Shown one piece after another: positions 1-8,701 of a DNA stretch of 42,904 bases (its first letter is position 1; every line of letters begins with the position of its first letter). The position numbers and the translations under genes are program-made. The DNA is taken from assembly GCA_964592965.1 (NCBI GenBank), contig CAZQJX010000003.1:1-42904 (forward strand). The letters run 5' to 3'. The notes beneath the pieces were generated by a model, which searched no databases, was not told where the DNA came from, and was given only the letters and a program-made list of their open reading frames with translations. Source of the stretch: an uncultured bacterium (GTDB lineage Bacteria; RBG-13-61-14; DRUE01).

Positions 1-9
1 GCAGGAATT

Positions 10-32
10 AAAAACCCGCCCGGGTGTTTTTT
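10..32. terminator. Possible bidirectional intrinsic terminator hairpin downstream of the GH57 gene
   Basis: aaaaaCCCgcccGGGtgtttttt is a short GC stem (CCC/GGG, 4-nt loop). It is extendable by A:T pairs and flanked by an A-run and a T-run. It lies about 100 nt past the stop of the minus-strand ORF ending at 129. The stem is weak. Confidence 0.3.
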
Positions 33-128
33 CATCATATCAAATTTATTTAATGTCTATAAATAAAGCAGAGCTTGATAGATTAAAGGGATTGATAGAG
101 GCAGAGGCGGGCGAAAAAGAATAGAATT

Positions 129-2279
129 TTAAACATTCCACATTTTTGTTTCAAAGTCTGGGCTAGGAACTTGAAAGATAATCACTCCGCCTTGTGGATA
201 GCGGGCAATGATTTGGTTTTGGGATTTTATTTCAATCCTAAACCAAACCTCTTCTCCTGCAGAGAATCCCAAATCAGAAAAGCTGACCGCCAGCTCAATG
301 ATTTTTTCCTTACGAATTAAATCGCTTTCAAGGCTGATTTCCTTTTCGCGGTTGAATTTTCGCAAGATAAATTTTTGCTGAGAGAGTTTTTCAAGATGGA
401 ATGGAAAGGAGATAATCGCTTCAGTTGGTTTTTCAAATTTAACTATAACCTCTATGTCTTGCTCAACTTCTTGGGGCTGGTGGGGGTCAAGCCGAAGGTA
501 AAGGTGATGAAGGTCAAATCCAAAATAAATGGCGGAAAAGAACGGCTCCTCAATGTAATGCGCTCCCAGCACTTTAAGCACCTCAAAACAACCTGCTTCT
601 TGCCATTCGTAATAATTGGTTTCTCTTCCATCAATAACAGGAGAAATCAGACCGAGAGGTTTTTTAGCCAATCTGACAGGATGGTCAAATCTAACAGGTT
701 GCTCAAGGAAAAGGGGTGGGGTTTGATTTAATGCAAGATAGACATTTCTGAGATGGGTGCGAAAGATTTCATCAAAGTCATTGGCTATTTCAGAATAAAA
801 ATCATCTCCATACCACCAAAACCAATCGCTTCCTTCGCTGGCAAAAAGCTCATTTTTAGCAAGGTCAAGAGCGCTTTCATCTGCATTTTGGGAAAGGGAG
901 TCAAAATCTTTTCGCACCTTTAGCAGATATTCCCAGGCAAGATTTTCCTCTGGCTCGCCAATCCATATTTCAAATTTTCCTTCCATCCAGCTCCCCGGCT
1001 CAATGTGGTCAATTCGTTCTGGTTGATAGTTGGTGATAGCAGAGGAGAGGTCAGAGAGGTTAATCCATTCTGTTTTGCAGAGCCTTTCAAAGGTTTTTCT
1101 GAGAAAATCCCTTCCGCTTTCAGGATAGTTTTCCCAAGGGTTCTCACCATCAAGGGCAATTACCACCAGTGCTCGGCTTTTTCCCAGAGCTTCTATTTCT
1201 GCTTTAATTCCCTCAAGCCTTCTCAAAAGGTCGCTGACAGCAAGCTCAGCTTCTATCTCGCCGTAAGTAAAGCTGATTAAATCAGAGAGGGCTCGGTCAC
1301 GAAAAACAACAAAAAGATTTGTATCCCGAAATCGCCAGGGCTGATAAATAAGCTCAGCCCTTCTGGCTTTTTTGGTTTTTTCAATAATCTGTTCGCAGGT
1401 GGCGAGCCAGGTTATTTTCTCCTCTGCGCATATCTCCAGCACCTGCTCGCTTACACTGGCTTCGCTTGGCCACATACCAATGGGTCGGCTTCCTAAATTT
1501 TTTTCTATATACAAAAATCCTTTTTGGATTTGCTCTTTTGCATCCTGCGGATAAGCAAAGCGGGAAGGAAGCTTGATTTCAGGAGAGGCTCTCCGTGCAA
1601 TCTCAGTATCGCAGAGCAGGGGAAGAATAGGGTGATAAAATGGACTGGTGGAAAGCTCAAGCCTTTTTTCTTTTTGAAGCCGTGAATATATATCAATGAG
1701 TTCTTTTAATATAATTTTTTGAAGCTCCAAGATATGATTTTTTTCTTCCTCTGAAAAATCTTTTCCCTTTTTTCTTAGCTCTGTTATTTCTGGAAAGCGC
1801 TTCTGGGCTTTAAAGCCAAACCAAGCAAGATTAAACCATACTTGAAGGTCTCGCAGTTCTTGGGCTGAGAATTCTTTTGCTTTTTTCCCAAAATCTACAA
1901 TTGGTCTGGTTCCCCTTTTATAAAGAAGACGCAGATATTCAGGATAAGGCTGAATCATTGTTTCTTTTTTAAGAAGAAAAAAGTTTTTAAGCAGAAATAT
2001 TCTTTCTATATCATTCAGCTCCTCTGCTGGTTTTTGGCTTAATCTGAAGAAATCGTCAATGATGTTTTCTTCGCTATACTCTTTTATCTGCTTGACAAGA
2101 CTTGGGGTGAGGTTAACCACCATTTTTAACTGAGGAAATTCCTCTAAAAGTAAAGGAATATCATAATATCCTTTTACGCCGTGCAATCTTACCCAGGGCA
2201 TAGGATAGGTTTTAGCAATAGGATTGGAATAATAAGGCTGGTGCATATGCCAGAGAAAGACTAGGTCAATAACTGCCAT
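129..2279 (-). CDS. Glycoside hydrolase family 57 protein (alpha-amylase / 4-alpha-glucanotransferase / amylopullulanase-like)
   Basis: 716-aa ORF. The N-terminus carries the GH57 signature LWHMHQPYY. GMWPSEASVSE matches the nucleophile-Glu region and ALDGENPWENY matches the acid/base Asp region. Confidence 0.88.
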   Translation of the reverse strand: MAVIDLVFLWHMHQPYYSNPIAKTYPMPWVRLHGVKGYYDIPLLLEEFPQLKMVVNLTPSLVKQIKEYSEENIIDDFFRLSQKPAEELNDIERIFLLKNFFLLKKETMIQPYPEYLRLLYKRGTRPIVDFGKKAKEFSAQELRDLQVWFNLAWFGFKAQKRFPEITELRKKGKDFSEEEKNHILELQKIILKELIDIYSRLQKEKRLELSTSPFYHPILPLLCDTEIARRASPEIKLPSRFAYPQDAKEQIQKGFLYIEKNLGSRPIGMWPSEASVSEQVLEICAEEKITWLATCEQIIEKTKKARRAELIYQPWRFRDTNLFVVFRDRALSDLISFTYGEIEAELAVSDLLRRLEGIKAEIEALGKSRALVVIALDGENPWENYPESGRDFLRKTFERLCKTEWINLSDLSSAITNYQPERIDHIEPGSWMEGKFEIWIGEPEENLAWEYLLKVRKDFDSLSQNADESALDLAKNELFASEGSDWFWWYGDDFYSEIANDFDEIFRTHLRNVYLALNQTPPLFLEQPVRFDHPVRLAKKPLGLISPVIDGRETNYYEWQEAGCFEVLKVLGAHYIEEPFFSAIYFGFDLHHLYLRLDPHQPQEVEQDIEVIVKFEKPTEAIISFPFHLEKLSQQKFILRKFNREKEISLESDLIRKEKIIELAVSFSDLGFSAGEEVWFRIEIKSQNQIIARYPQGGVIIFQVPSPDFETKMWNV

Positions 2280-2290
2280 TGTTTTGTGTA

Positions 2291-3331
2291 TTATTCAGCC
2301 TCTTTATTTTTCTTTGCCCAAGCAACAGTATGGTCACGGAAGTTTTTCATTGAAAGAGGTAGATACTTTGCGCTGACCTCATCAGAGATTGACTGGGCAA
2401 TCTTTTTGAACATCGCACCCAGCAGGGGAATGTTGGGCGGAATAAATGCTCGGATATTTACCACTGTGCGTAGTGAGTAAGTGCATAACATATATCGGTC
2501 AGATATATTTTCCCAAACACGCCATCTTCCCACACATTCATAAACATCGCATTTGGTGTCTTTGTGGAGAATGACTTTATCCAGCATTTTTAAGATTTCT
2601 TCATCGCTTACAAGGTAATTTCCTTTTTCATCTTTATCTTGGAACCAGGGGTGAGTTCGGCAGAGGTCAATGAATCTTTCTTCAAGGCTTTCTCTGCCCG
2701 GTTTTAAAACAGGCAGACGATTAACCACTTCAATCAATTCCTGCTGAGTGGGCATTTTAAAGCTTAATGTGCGGGTGGCATCGTCTTGATGGAAAATAAG
2801 AGGCAAAGTCACTGCTTTAGTAAATCCCATAAATTTCCCCTGAGTTTGAAGAATGACATAAGTATCAATCGGCGTTTTCTTTCCCAGCTCTACGCTGAAA
2901 TTGTAAACATAGAAAAGATTTTCAATGCCATTGATGTCAGTAAGATATTCCCAGTAGGGAACTTTTGGGCTTAAAAAGGCGCATTTTAAATTAACGCCAT
3001 CTGCATTGGGAGAATATTCTTTATAAACAATGAACCTGCCTTTGTTCATATCTTCAATCATTTTATTTAGTAGAGAAGAGTCAGAAACATTAAAATAGTC
3101 TTTAAGATAGGATTTGATTTTTTGTGCTTCCTCTTCACTAACTTTAAAATCCCAAGGTTTTTCGTTTTTAAAAGTTACCGAGGTGTAAAGACCTTTTTTG
3201 TCAAGCGGAGTTTCTACTTTAAGATTTATCTCCTGCCTGAATTTAATTCTCTGCTCCCGGAAGGTGCTGGCTATGGCTATGGAAAGACAAATCGCCACCA
3301 AAACCAAAACTTTTAGGGTCTTCCTTTTCAT
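2291..3331 (-). CDS. Hypothetical secreted or membrane-anchored protein
   Basis: 346-aa ORF with an N-terminal hydrophobic signal/anchor (MKRKTLKVLVLVAICLSIAIAS). No catalytic motif recognised. It sits 11 nt from the GH57 gene and 49 nt after the acylase gene, so co-transcription is likely. Confidence 0.7.
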   Translation of the reverse strand: MKRKTLKVLVLVAICLSIAIASTFREQRIKFRQEINLKVETPLDKKGLYTSVTFKNEKPWDFKVSEEEAQKIKSYLKDYFNVSDSSLLNKMIEDMNKGRFIVYKEYSPNADGVNLKCAFLSPKVPYWEYLTDINGIENLFYVYNFSVELGKKTPIDTYVILQTQGKFMGFTKAVTLPLIFHQDDATRTLSFKMPTQQELIEVVNRLPVLKPGRESLEERFIDLCRTHPWFQDKDEKGNYLVSDEEILKMLDKVILHKDTKCDVYECVGRWRVWENISDRYMLCTYSLRTVVNIRAFIPPNIPLLGAMFKKIAQSISDEVSAKYLPLSMKNFRDHTVAWAKKNKEAE

Positions 3332-3380
3332 TGGTTTCTCTCCTTTCTAAGATTTTAGCTTATGTTTTTAACTTTCACCA

Positions 3381-5786
3381 TTAAGGCAAAAGCACAAGTT
3401 TTCCCATTGCGTTTTTTTCGTATTCTTGGGGAATCATACTCAATGTCAAATATTCTCCACGCACCCAGTATTGAGTAAGATTTCCCATTCTTCCGCTCTT
3501 GATGTTTTCGCTGTTGCCAGTAGTGGTGTTAAAAAAGATATGAGCAGGATTTGAAAAGTCAATAACCATTCTCGTTGTTGGACCTGCAAAAAAGATAAAT
3601 CCCATTGGTTTTATAAAAATGCTTTCCGAGTTGTTCACTGTGCCATCAATGCCCTCTCTTGGAAATTTCCCAATTCTGTGCCTTTTTCCAAAAATAGGAA
3701 TAAAGCCGGCTGGTGTATAGAAATATGAATGCTGGATTTTTCCCCACTGCCAGTTTTGAGGATTTCTGCCCAGTTTCTTCTCCAAATAGCTGACTGCTTT
3801 TTGAGCGGATTTCTGGACAATTTCTGTGCGGGTTTCTTTTTGTTTTGTGGTGATGTCATCAAACCAAGAGCTGTTTTTGTCTTGGATTATGTGGTTTAAA
3901 GCGGTTTGGGTAATTCCAGCAAAGCTTGCGCCCATATAGCTTTTCCCCAGCTCGTCTTTAAAAGTGAATTTTTGAAGGTTTTGGCGAATAAGCATATAAA
4001 CGCTTGTTCCAATGGAATCAGTTGTGGCAAAATATCCCCTTTTTTGCCAGGTTTTAAGCGCACTGAGCGCCTTTTGACATTTTTTATCCTTTGCCCTTGA
4101 AAGGTCTTGAATTAGAATTGGGACGATTTTCTCCGCTTCCACCACTTTGACATCAAGCTGGAGCTTTTTCATATCATCTACGGAGAATTTCTCTTTGCTT
4201 TGAAGCACACCATCAATTCTTAAGATGCGCTCCAGCCGATAATGAACACCAATGTAATATGGATATCCGGGTAAGTAATTGCGATTGTTGGCAGTGGCAA
4301 TATACCCTTTTTTAGGATTAAAGATATGGGGCAGGTCTTCAAAAGGAACATATCCTTTCCAGTCATATTCTCCGCTCCACCCAGGATGAGGAATATAGCC
4401 CTGATTATCAGGTCGGATGGGAATATGACCGCTGAGCCAGTATCCGATATTCCCGTATTTATCCGCATAAATATGATTCCAAGCAACAGGTCCTTGAGAC
4501 ATATTTTTCAATCCCTTTTTAAATTCTTCCCAATTTCTGGCACGAGCCATATCAAGGTATCCCTGTAGAAACTTGCCAAAATCAACATCAACCAGCTTAA
4601 TCGCATATACCTGATTTGCTTTTAGGTTCTTGGGCTTAAAGCCGAGAATTTCCGGCATAAGAACAGGACCGTGAACTGTCTCTTTAATTTCTATTTCTAT
4701 GGGCTTTTTATGTTTGAGAGGAATATACTCTTTTCTGATTTTAAACTCCTGCCATTTGCCTTTGTATAAATATTGATTTGGATTTTGGGGATTGATTTTT
4801 TCTATAAATAGGTCAATGTGGTCGGCGCAGGCATTGGTGAGTGCCCAGGCAATATAGCCATTATCAGCTGCTCCAAAAGCAGGTAAGCCAGGAAACATTA
4901 ATCCAGCAACATTAAAACTCCCGCCCTGAAGATGGCAGTGATACCAGAAAGTAGGAAGCAGAATAGAAGGAACATGTGGGTCGTTGGAGATAATAGGATA
5001 TCCGCTGGTAGATTTTTCAGGAGCAACCACCCAGTTATTGCTTCCCAGTCCCTGTGCCCAGCCAATAAAGCTGATGAGCATATTTACAAACTTGTCCATA
5101 TCCGGAGTGTTAACTGCCACAGGCAAGTCCTCAACAATAATAGGAGCATCTTTAGGATAGGTAGGAAGAAAAATCTTTGCCCGCTCTGCTCCAAATTCCT
5201 GAGAGAACTTGGCATAATAATACTCATCAAAGAAGTTAAAGCTGGTCATTGTCATTCCAAAGATATCTGCGCAGATAAAGCTATCCCAAGGCATCCATTT
5301 TTCAGGTTTGGTGCGGAAAAAATGATATTGAGGAATGGTATCCCCTGCATCTTCAAGATAGCGATTAATCCCAGCACTGAAGGCATCTAAAAGCTCCTTT
5401 GCTTCTTCAGGCATATTCATATAACCCCTTTGTGCCCTTCCCTTGTAGTTTAAAAGCTTCATCATTTTGTCTATGAAAAGAAGGTCGTATTTTCCCAGTT
5501 TGTATCTGCCAAATAGCTGGCATAACTCTCCTCTGCCTGCTCGTCTTAAAAGGTCAAGCTGAAAGAATCTGTCCTGCGCCATTGCATAGCCGAGGGCAAA
5601 GAAAAGGTCTTTGTCATTATTTGCCCTTATATGAGGGATTCCGTATTTATCACGAATAATCTTTACGCGAGCAGTGAGAGGATAGCCTTTTAATTTGCCA
5701 TCAATTACTTCAAGGCGATTTATATGCCAGGCACAGGAGCAGAAAACAGTGATTAAGAATGCGGTTAATAGGAACTTTTTCGCCAT
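3381..5786 (-). CDS. Penicillin acylase family Ntn-hydrolase (penicillin amidase / acyl-homoserine-lactone acylase-like)
   Basis: 801-aa ORF with an N-terminal signal/anchor (MAKKFLLTAFLITVFCSC). The hallmark GLGSNNWVV motif contains the Ser that becomes the beta-subunit N-terminal nucleophile. DPH follows shortly after. The size is typical of the family. Confidence 0.88.
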   Translation of the reverse strand: MAKKFLLTAFLITVFCSCAWHINRLEVIDGKLKGYPLTARVKIIRDKYGIPHIRANNDKDLFFALGYAMAQDRFFQLDLLRRAGRGELCQLFGRYKLGKYDLLFIDKMMKLLNYKGRAQRGYMNMPEEAKELLDAFSAGINRYLEDAGDTIPQYHFFRTKPEKWMPWDSFICADIFGMTMTSFNFFDEYYYAKFSQEFGAERAKIFLPTYPKDAPIIVEDLPVAVNTPDMDKFVNMLISFIGWAQGLGSNNWVVAPEKSTSGYPIISNDPHVPSILLPTFWYHCHLQGGSFNVAGLMFPGLPAFGAADNGYIAWALTNACADHIDLFIEKINPQNPNQYLYKGKWQEFKIRKEYIPLKHKKPIEIEIKETVHGPVLMPEILGFKPKNLKANQVYAIKLVDVDFGKFLQGYLDMARARNWEEFKKGLKNMSQGPVAWNHIYADKYGNIGYWLSGHIPIRPDNQGYIPHPGWSGEYDWKGYVPFEDLPHIFNPKKGYIATANNRNYLPGYPYYIGVHYRLERILRIDGVLQSKEKFSVDDMKKLQLDVKVVEAEKIVPILIQDLSRAKDKKCQKALSALKTWQKRGYFATTDSIGTSVYMLIRQNLQKFTFKDELGKSYMGASFAGITQTALNHIIQDKNSSWFDDITTKQKETRTEIVQKSAQKAVSYLEKKLGRNPQNWQWGKIQHSYFYTPAGFIPIFGKRHRIGKFPREGIDGTVNNSESIFIKPMGFIFFAGPTTRMVIDFSNPAHIFFNTTTGNSENIKSGRMGNLTQYWVRGEYLTLSMIPQEYEKNAMGKLVLLP

Positions 5787-5818
5787 CTCTCCCCTCCTTA
5801 TAAAAGCATTTTTGGATT

Positions 5819-5847
5819 TTTATAGCAGGCAAAAAAATATTTGGCAA
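5819..5847 (-). promoter_or_regulatory. Candidate sigma-70 promoter for the acylase > unknown > GH57 run
   Basis: Minus strand reads TTGCCA - 17 nt - TATAAA, followed by the RBS taaggagggg and ATG at 5786. This is a motif match only, in AT-rich DNA. Confidence 0.4.
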
Positions 5848-5909
5848 TTAAAGAAATGGCTTTTGCTTAAAAACTCGCTAAAATATTAACAAACAAAAAG
5901 GAGGAAAAG

Positions 5910-7163
5910 ATGAGCGGGAAAAAGTGGCGATTTGATACTGAGGTGGTTCACCTGGGCAATAGACCTGAAGATTGGCAGGGAGCCTGTCAGGTGCCGATAT
6001 ATCAATCAGCTTCTTTCCGCTATTTAACTGCCAGCGAGCTTAGCCAAGTTTTTGCTGGAAAGAAATCAGGATATATCTATCAACGGCTTGGCTCTCCCAC
6101 TTGTTCCGTGCTTGAAGAACGAATTGCTGGATTGGAAGGTGGTAAAAAGGCTTTGGTTTTTTCAAGCGGAATGAGCGCTATTACCAGCGCGGTTCTCACC
6201 CTTGTCCGCTGTGGCGATGAGATTATAAGCGGGGATTCGCTTTTTCTCTCAACCTATTTATTCTTCACCCGTTTTCTTCCCAAACTTGGAGTAAATGTTC
6301 ATCTGGTAAAAACCGATAAGCCAGAAAATTTTGAACAGAAAATCAACGAGCGAACCCGACTGATTTATGTTGAGACCATTGGCAATCCTAAAATGGATGT
6401 TCCTGCTATTCCTGAAATATGTGAAATAGCTCACAGAAATTCCATCCCGGTTATGGTTGATAATACACTTGCCACTCCTTACCTTTTCAAGCCCATAGAG
6501 GTAGGTGCTGACATTGTTGTTCACTCCACTACCAAATTTTTTAACGGACACGGAAATGCAGTCGGTGGGGTGGTGGTAGATTCTGGCAGATTTGATTGGG
6601 ATGTAGAGCGTTTTTCAGATTTTAAAGAAGCGGTTGATAGCTGGGGAGAGCTGGCATTTATTGAAAAGCTAGCCCACGAGACCTACAGCATTTTAGGCAC
6701 CTATCAAGCTCCTTTTCATTCGTTTTTAACTTTAATAGGAATAGAGACTTTAGCGCTAAGGATGGAAAGGCATCTATCAAATGCAAAGAAGCTGGCAGAA
6801 TTTTTAGAAAAGCATCCAAAGGTAAAATGGGTGAATTATCCCGGTCTTGCTTCCAGCTCATCTTATGAGCGAGCGAGCAGGCTTTTTAAAGGAAAAGGCT
6901 TTGGGGCGCTTTTAACTTTTGGGCTGGAAAATCAATCCCAATGCTTTAAGCTGATTGAAAATTTAAAGCTTTGCTATCAACTGGCAAATTTGGGCGATGC
7001 TAAAACTCTTGTAATTCATCCTTATTCAAGTCAGTATATTGGCTTTTCTGAAGAGGAAAGGAAGATGCTTGAGATACATCCAGAGATGATTCGTGTTTCT
7101 GTGGGTATTGAGGCAATTGAGGATATTATTGAGGATTTTGAGCAGGCACTTTTAAAAATTTAA
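5910..7163 (+). CDS. metY: O-acetylhomoserine/O-acetylserine sulfhydrylase-type PLP enzyme (Cys/Met metabolism family)
   Basis: 417-aa ORF with a strong RBS (aaaggagga) upstream. PLP-lysine motif HSTTKFFNGHG. The family pattern YQRLGSPT ... VDNTLATPY is present. Confidence 0.88.
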   Translation: MSGKKWRFDTEVVHLGNRPEDWQGACQVPIYQSASFRYLTASELSQVFAGKKSGYIYQRLGSPTCSVLEERIAGLEGGKKALVFSSGMSAITSAVLTLVRCGDEIISGDSLFLSTYLFFTRFLPKLGVNVHLVKTDKPENFEQKINERTRLIYVETIGNPKMDVPAIPEICEIAHRNSIPVMVDNTLATPYLFKPIEVGADIVVHSTTKFFNGHGNAVGGVVVDSGRFDWDVERFSDFKEAVDSWGELAFIEKLAHETYSILGTYQAPFHSFLTLIGIETLALRMERHLSNAKKLAEFLEKHPKVKWVNYPGLASSSSYERASRLFKGKGFGALLTFGLENQSQCFKLIENLKLCYQLANLGDAKTLVIHPYSSQYIGFSEEERKMLEIHPEMIRVSVGIEAIEDIIEDFEQALLKI

Positions 7164-7205
7164 ATCAACTTGCTCTTAAAGGATAATGTTTTAAGATTTA
7201 AGGAG

Positions 7206-7919
7206 ATGAAAGGCTGGTTAAAAAAATATCTTGCCGGTTTATTAATTTTATTTGCGACTTTGGCGTGGTCGCAGAGCCCATCAAAGCCAGATAAAGAAAA
7301 ACTAAAGCTGGAAAAGGGAGCGATTTTAGTAAAGTCTGAAAAGGATTCCACGACCAATGACCATATCTCTGTAGGCAAGGCGCTGGTTAGGGCGCCGATA
7401 GAGCTTATTTGGCAGGTGCTTACTGATTATTCCGCCTATCCGCAGGTTTTCTCGCAGATTAAAACCGCTGAGATTGTTAAAAAAGAAAAAAACAAAATAC
7501 AGCTCAAGCTGGTTTTTAAAAACATATTTTGGTTTTCTGATTTTACCAGCTTGGTTGAATATGTTGATAAGGGAAAGAATGAGTTAGAGTTCCATCAAAT
7601 TCAGGGCGACTTTAAGAAATTATATGGAAGATGGAAGCTGAGCTGTCTTGAGCCGACCAAGATTCTGGTAGAATACAGATTTTATCGGTATGTGGATTGG
7701 TGGTGGCTACCATTTATTCCTACCTCCACTATCAATAATTCAATAGTTTATGACCAGCTTTCCAGCTTGCGCAAGCAGGTTCAAAAACTTCAACTAAAAA
7801 ATGGAAGCTCTCCTGAGGAGGTAATTCCGCCCAAATGGAGAAAATCATCTTATAAAGAGATTGAGAAAAAACGCTCAGAGAAAAAAAAGAAAAAAAAGTC
7901 CACCCAGAAAAAGGAGTAG
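7206..7919 (+). CDS. Secreted SRPBCC (START / polyketide-cyclase-like) domain protein with a Lys-rich C-terminal tail
   Basis: Signal peptide MKGWLKKYLAGLLILFATLAWSQS. The core contains LTDYSAYPQVFSQIK, typical of SRPBCC ligand-binding folds. The tail is KKRSEKKKKKKSTQKKE. ATG 7206 is preferred over the TTG at 7170 used by the ORF track because the signal peptide starts there, but the start remains uncertain. Confidence 0.72.
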   Translation: MKGWLKKYLAGLLILFATLAWSQSPSKPDKEKLKLEKGAILVKSEKDSTTNDHISVGKALVRAPIELIWQVLTDYSAYPQVFSQIKTAEIVKKEKNKIQLKLVFKNIFWFSDFTSLVEYVDKGKNELEFHQIQGDFKKLYGRWKLSCLEPTKILVEYRFYRYVDWWWLPFIPTSTINNSIVYDQLSSLRKQVQKLQLKNGSSPEEVIPPKWRKSSYKEIEKKRSEKKKKKKSTQKKE

Positions 7920-7924
7920 GGAAT

Positions 7925-8701
7925 ATGGCTAAAAGATTCATTGACCTAAGCATAGCCATTGAACCTGACCTTCCATCTGACCCACCGGGAATGATTCCCG
8001 AGATAGAATATATTGACCACAAAAAAGGCGCAGAGCAGATGAAGATGTTTTTTCCCGGAATCAAAGATGAGGATTTACCTAACGGACTGGGCTGGGCAGT
8101 AGAAAATGTCAAGCTTAGCACTCATTCCGGCACGCATCTTGATGCGCCATATCATTACCATCCGACAATGGATGGTGGTAAGCCGGCTCTTACCATTGAC
8201 CAGATTCCCCTTGAATGGTGCTATGGTCCTGGGGTAAAGCTGGATTTTTCAGATAAGCCTGATGGATATCTTTTAAAGCCAAAGGATTTTCAAGAGGCGC
8301 TGGAGCGGATTAATCACAAGCTAAAGCCGGGTGAGATTGTTCTTATTCAAAGCGGAGCAGGTCCTTATTGGGGAAAGCCTGAATATCTGGTTAAAGGATG
8401 CGGTGCAGGAAGAGAAGCTACTTTATGGCTCGTGAATCAGGGAATCAAAGTGGTAGGAACAGATGCTTGGAGCTGGGACCGACCACTGCCCATTATTGCC
8501 AAAGAATATGAAAAAACCAAAGACCCAAGCATCATCTGGGAAGGACATTTTGCAGGAATAGAAAAAGGATACTGCCATATAGAAAAGCTCGCCAATCTTG
8601 ATAAACTCCCAGATAAAGGATTCACCTTTATTTGCTTTCCAATAAAAATCAAAGGAGCAAGCGCAGGTTGGATTAGAGCAGTAGCTATTATTGAGGAATG
8701 A
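7925..8701 (+). CDS. Putative cyclase family protein (kynurenine formamidase / arylformamidase-like metal hydrolase)
   Basis: 258-aa ORF with the HSGTHLDAPYHY metal-binding signature of the putative-cyclase/formamidase family. It begins 5 nt after the upstream gene. Confidence 0.82.
   Translation: MAKRFIDLSIAIEPDLPSDPPGMIPEIEYIDHKKGAEQMKMFFPGIKDEDLPNGLGWAVENVKLSTHSGTHLDAPYHYHPTMDGGKPALTIDQIPLEWCYGPGVKLDFSDKPDGYLLKPKDFQEALERINHKLKPGEIVLIQSGAGPYWGKPEYLVKGCGAGREATLWLVNQGIKVVGTDAWSWDRPLPIIAKEYEKTKDPSIIWEGHFAGIEKGYCHIEKLANLDKLPDKGFTFICFPIKIKGASAGWIRAVAIIEE

Noticed and set aside
75-99. Direct repeat TTGATAGA at 75-82 and 92-99, downstream of the GH57 stop.
   Set aside because: Two 8-mers in an AT-rich spacer could easily occur by chance. 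The gene they might regulate, if any, is outside the window.
5787-5909. A possible SAM or other methionine-related riboswitch upstream of metY, and likewise upstream of metX at 33994-34105.
   Set aside because: Both leaders are short and AT-rich, with no multi-helix GC-supported structure. Only a small CCCTT-ata-AAGGG hairpin is present, near 34024-34036.
7925-8701. Whether the cyclase-family protein could be the nucleotide cyclase feeding the two cNMP-binding proteins.
   Set aside because: The HSGTHLDAPYHY motif belongs to the kynurenine-formamidase-type metal hydrolase family. It is not a class III adenylate/guanylate cyclase. The family name is historical.
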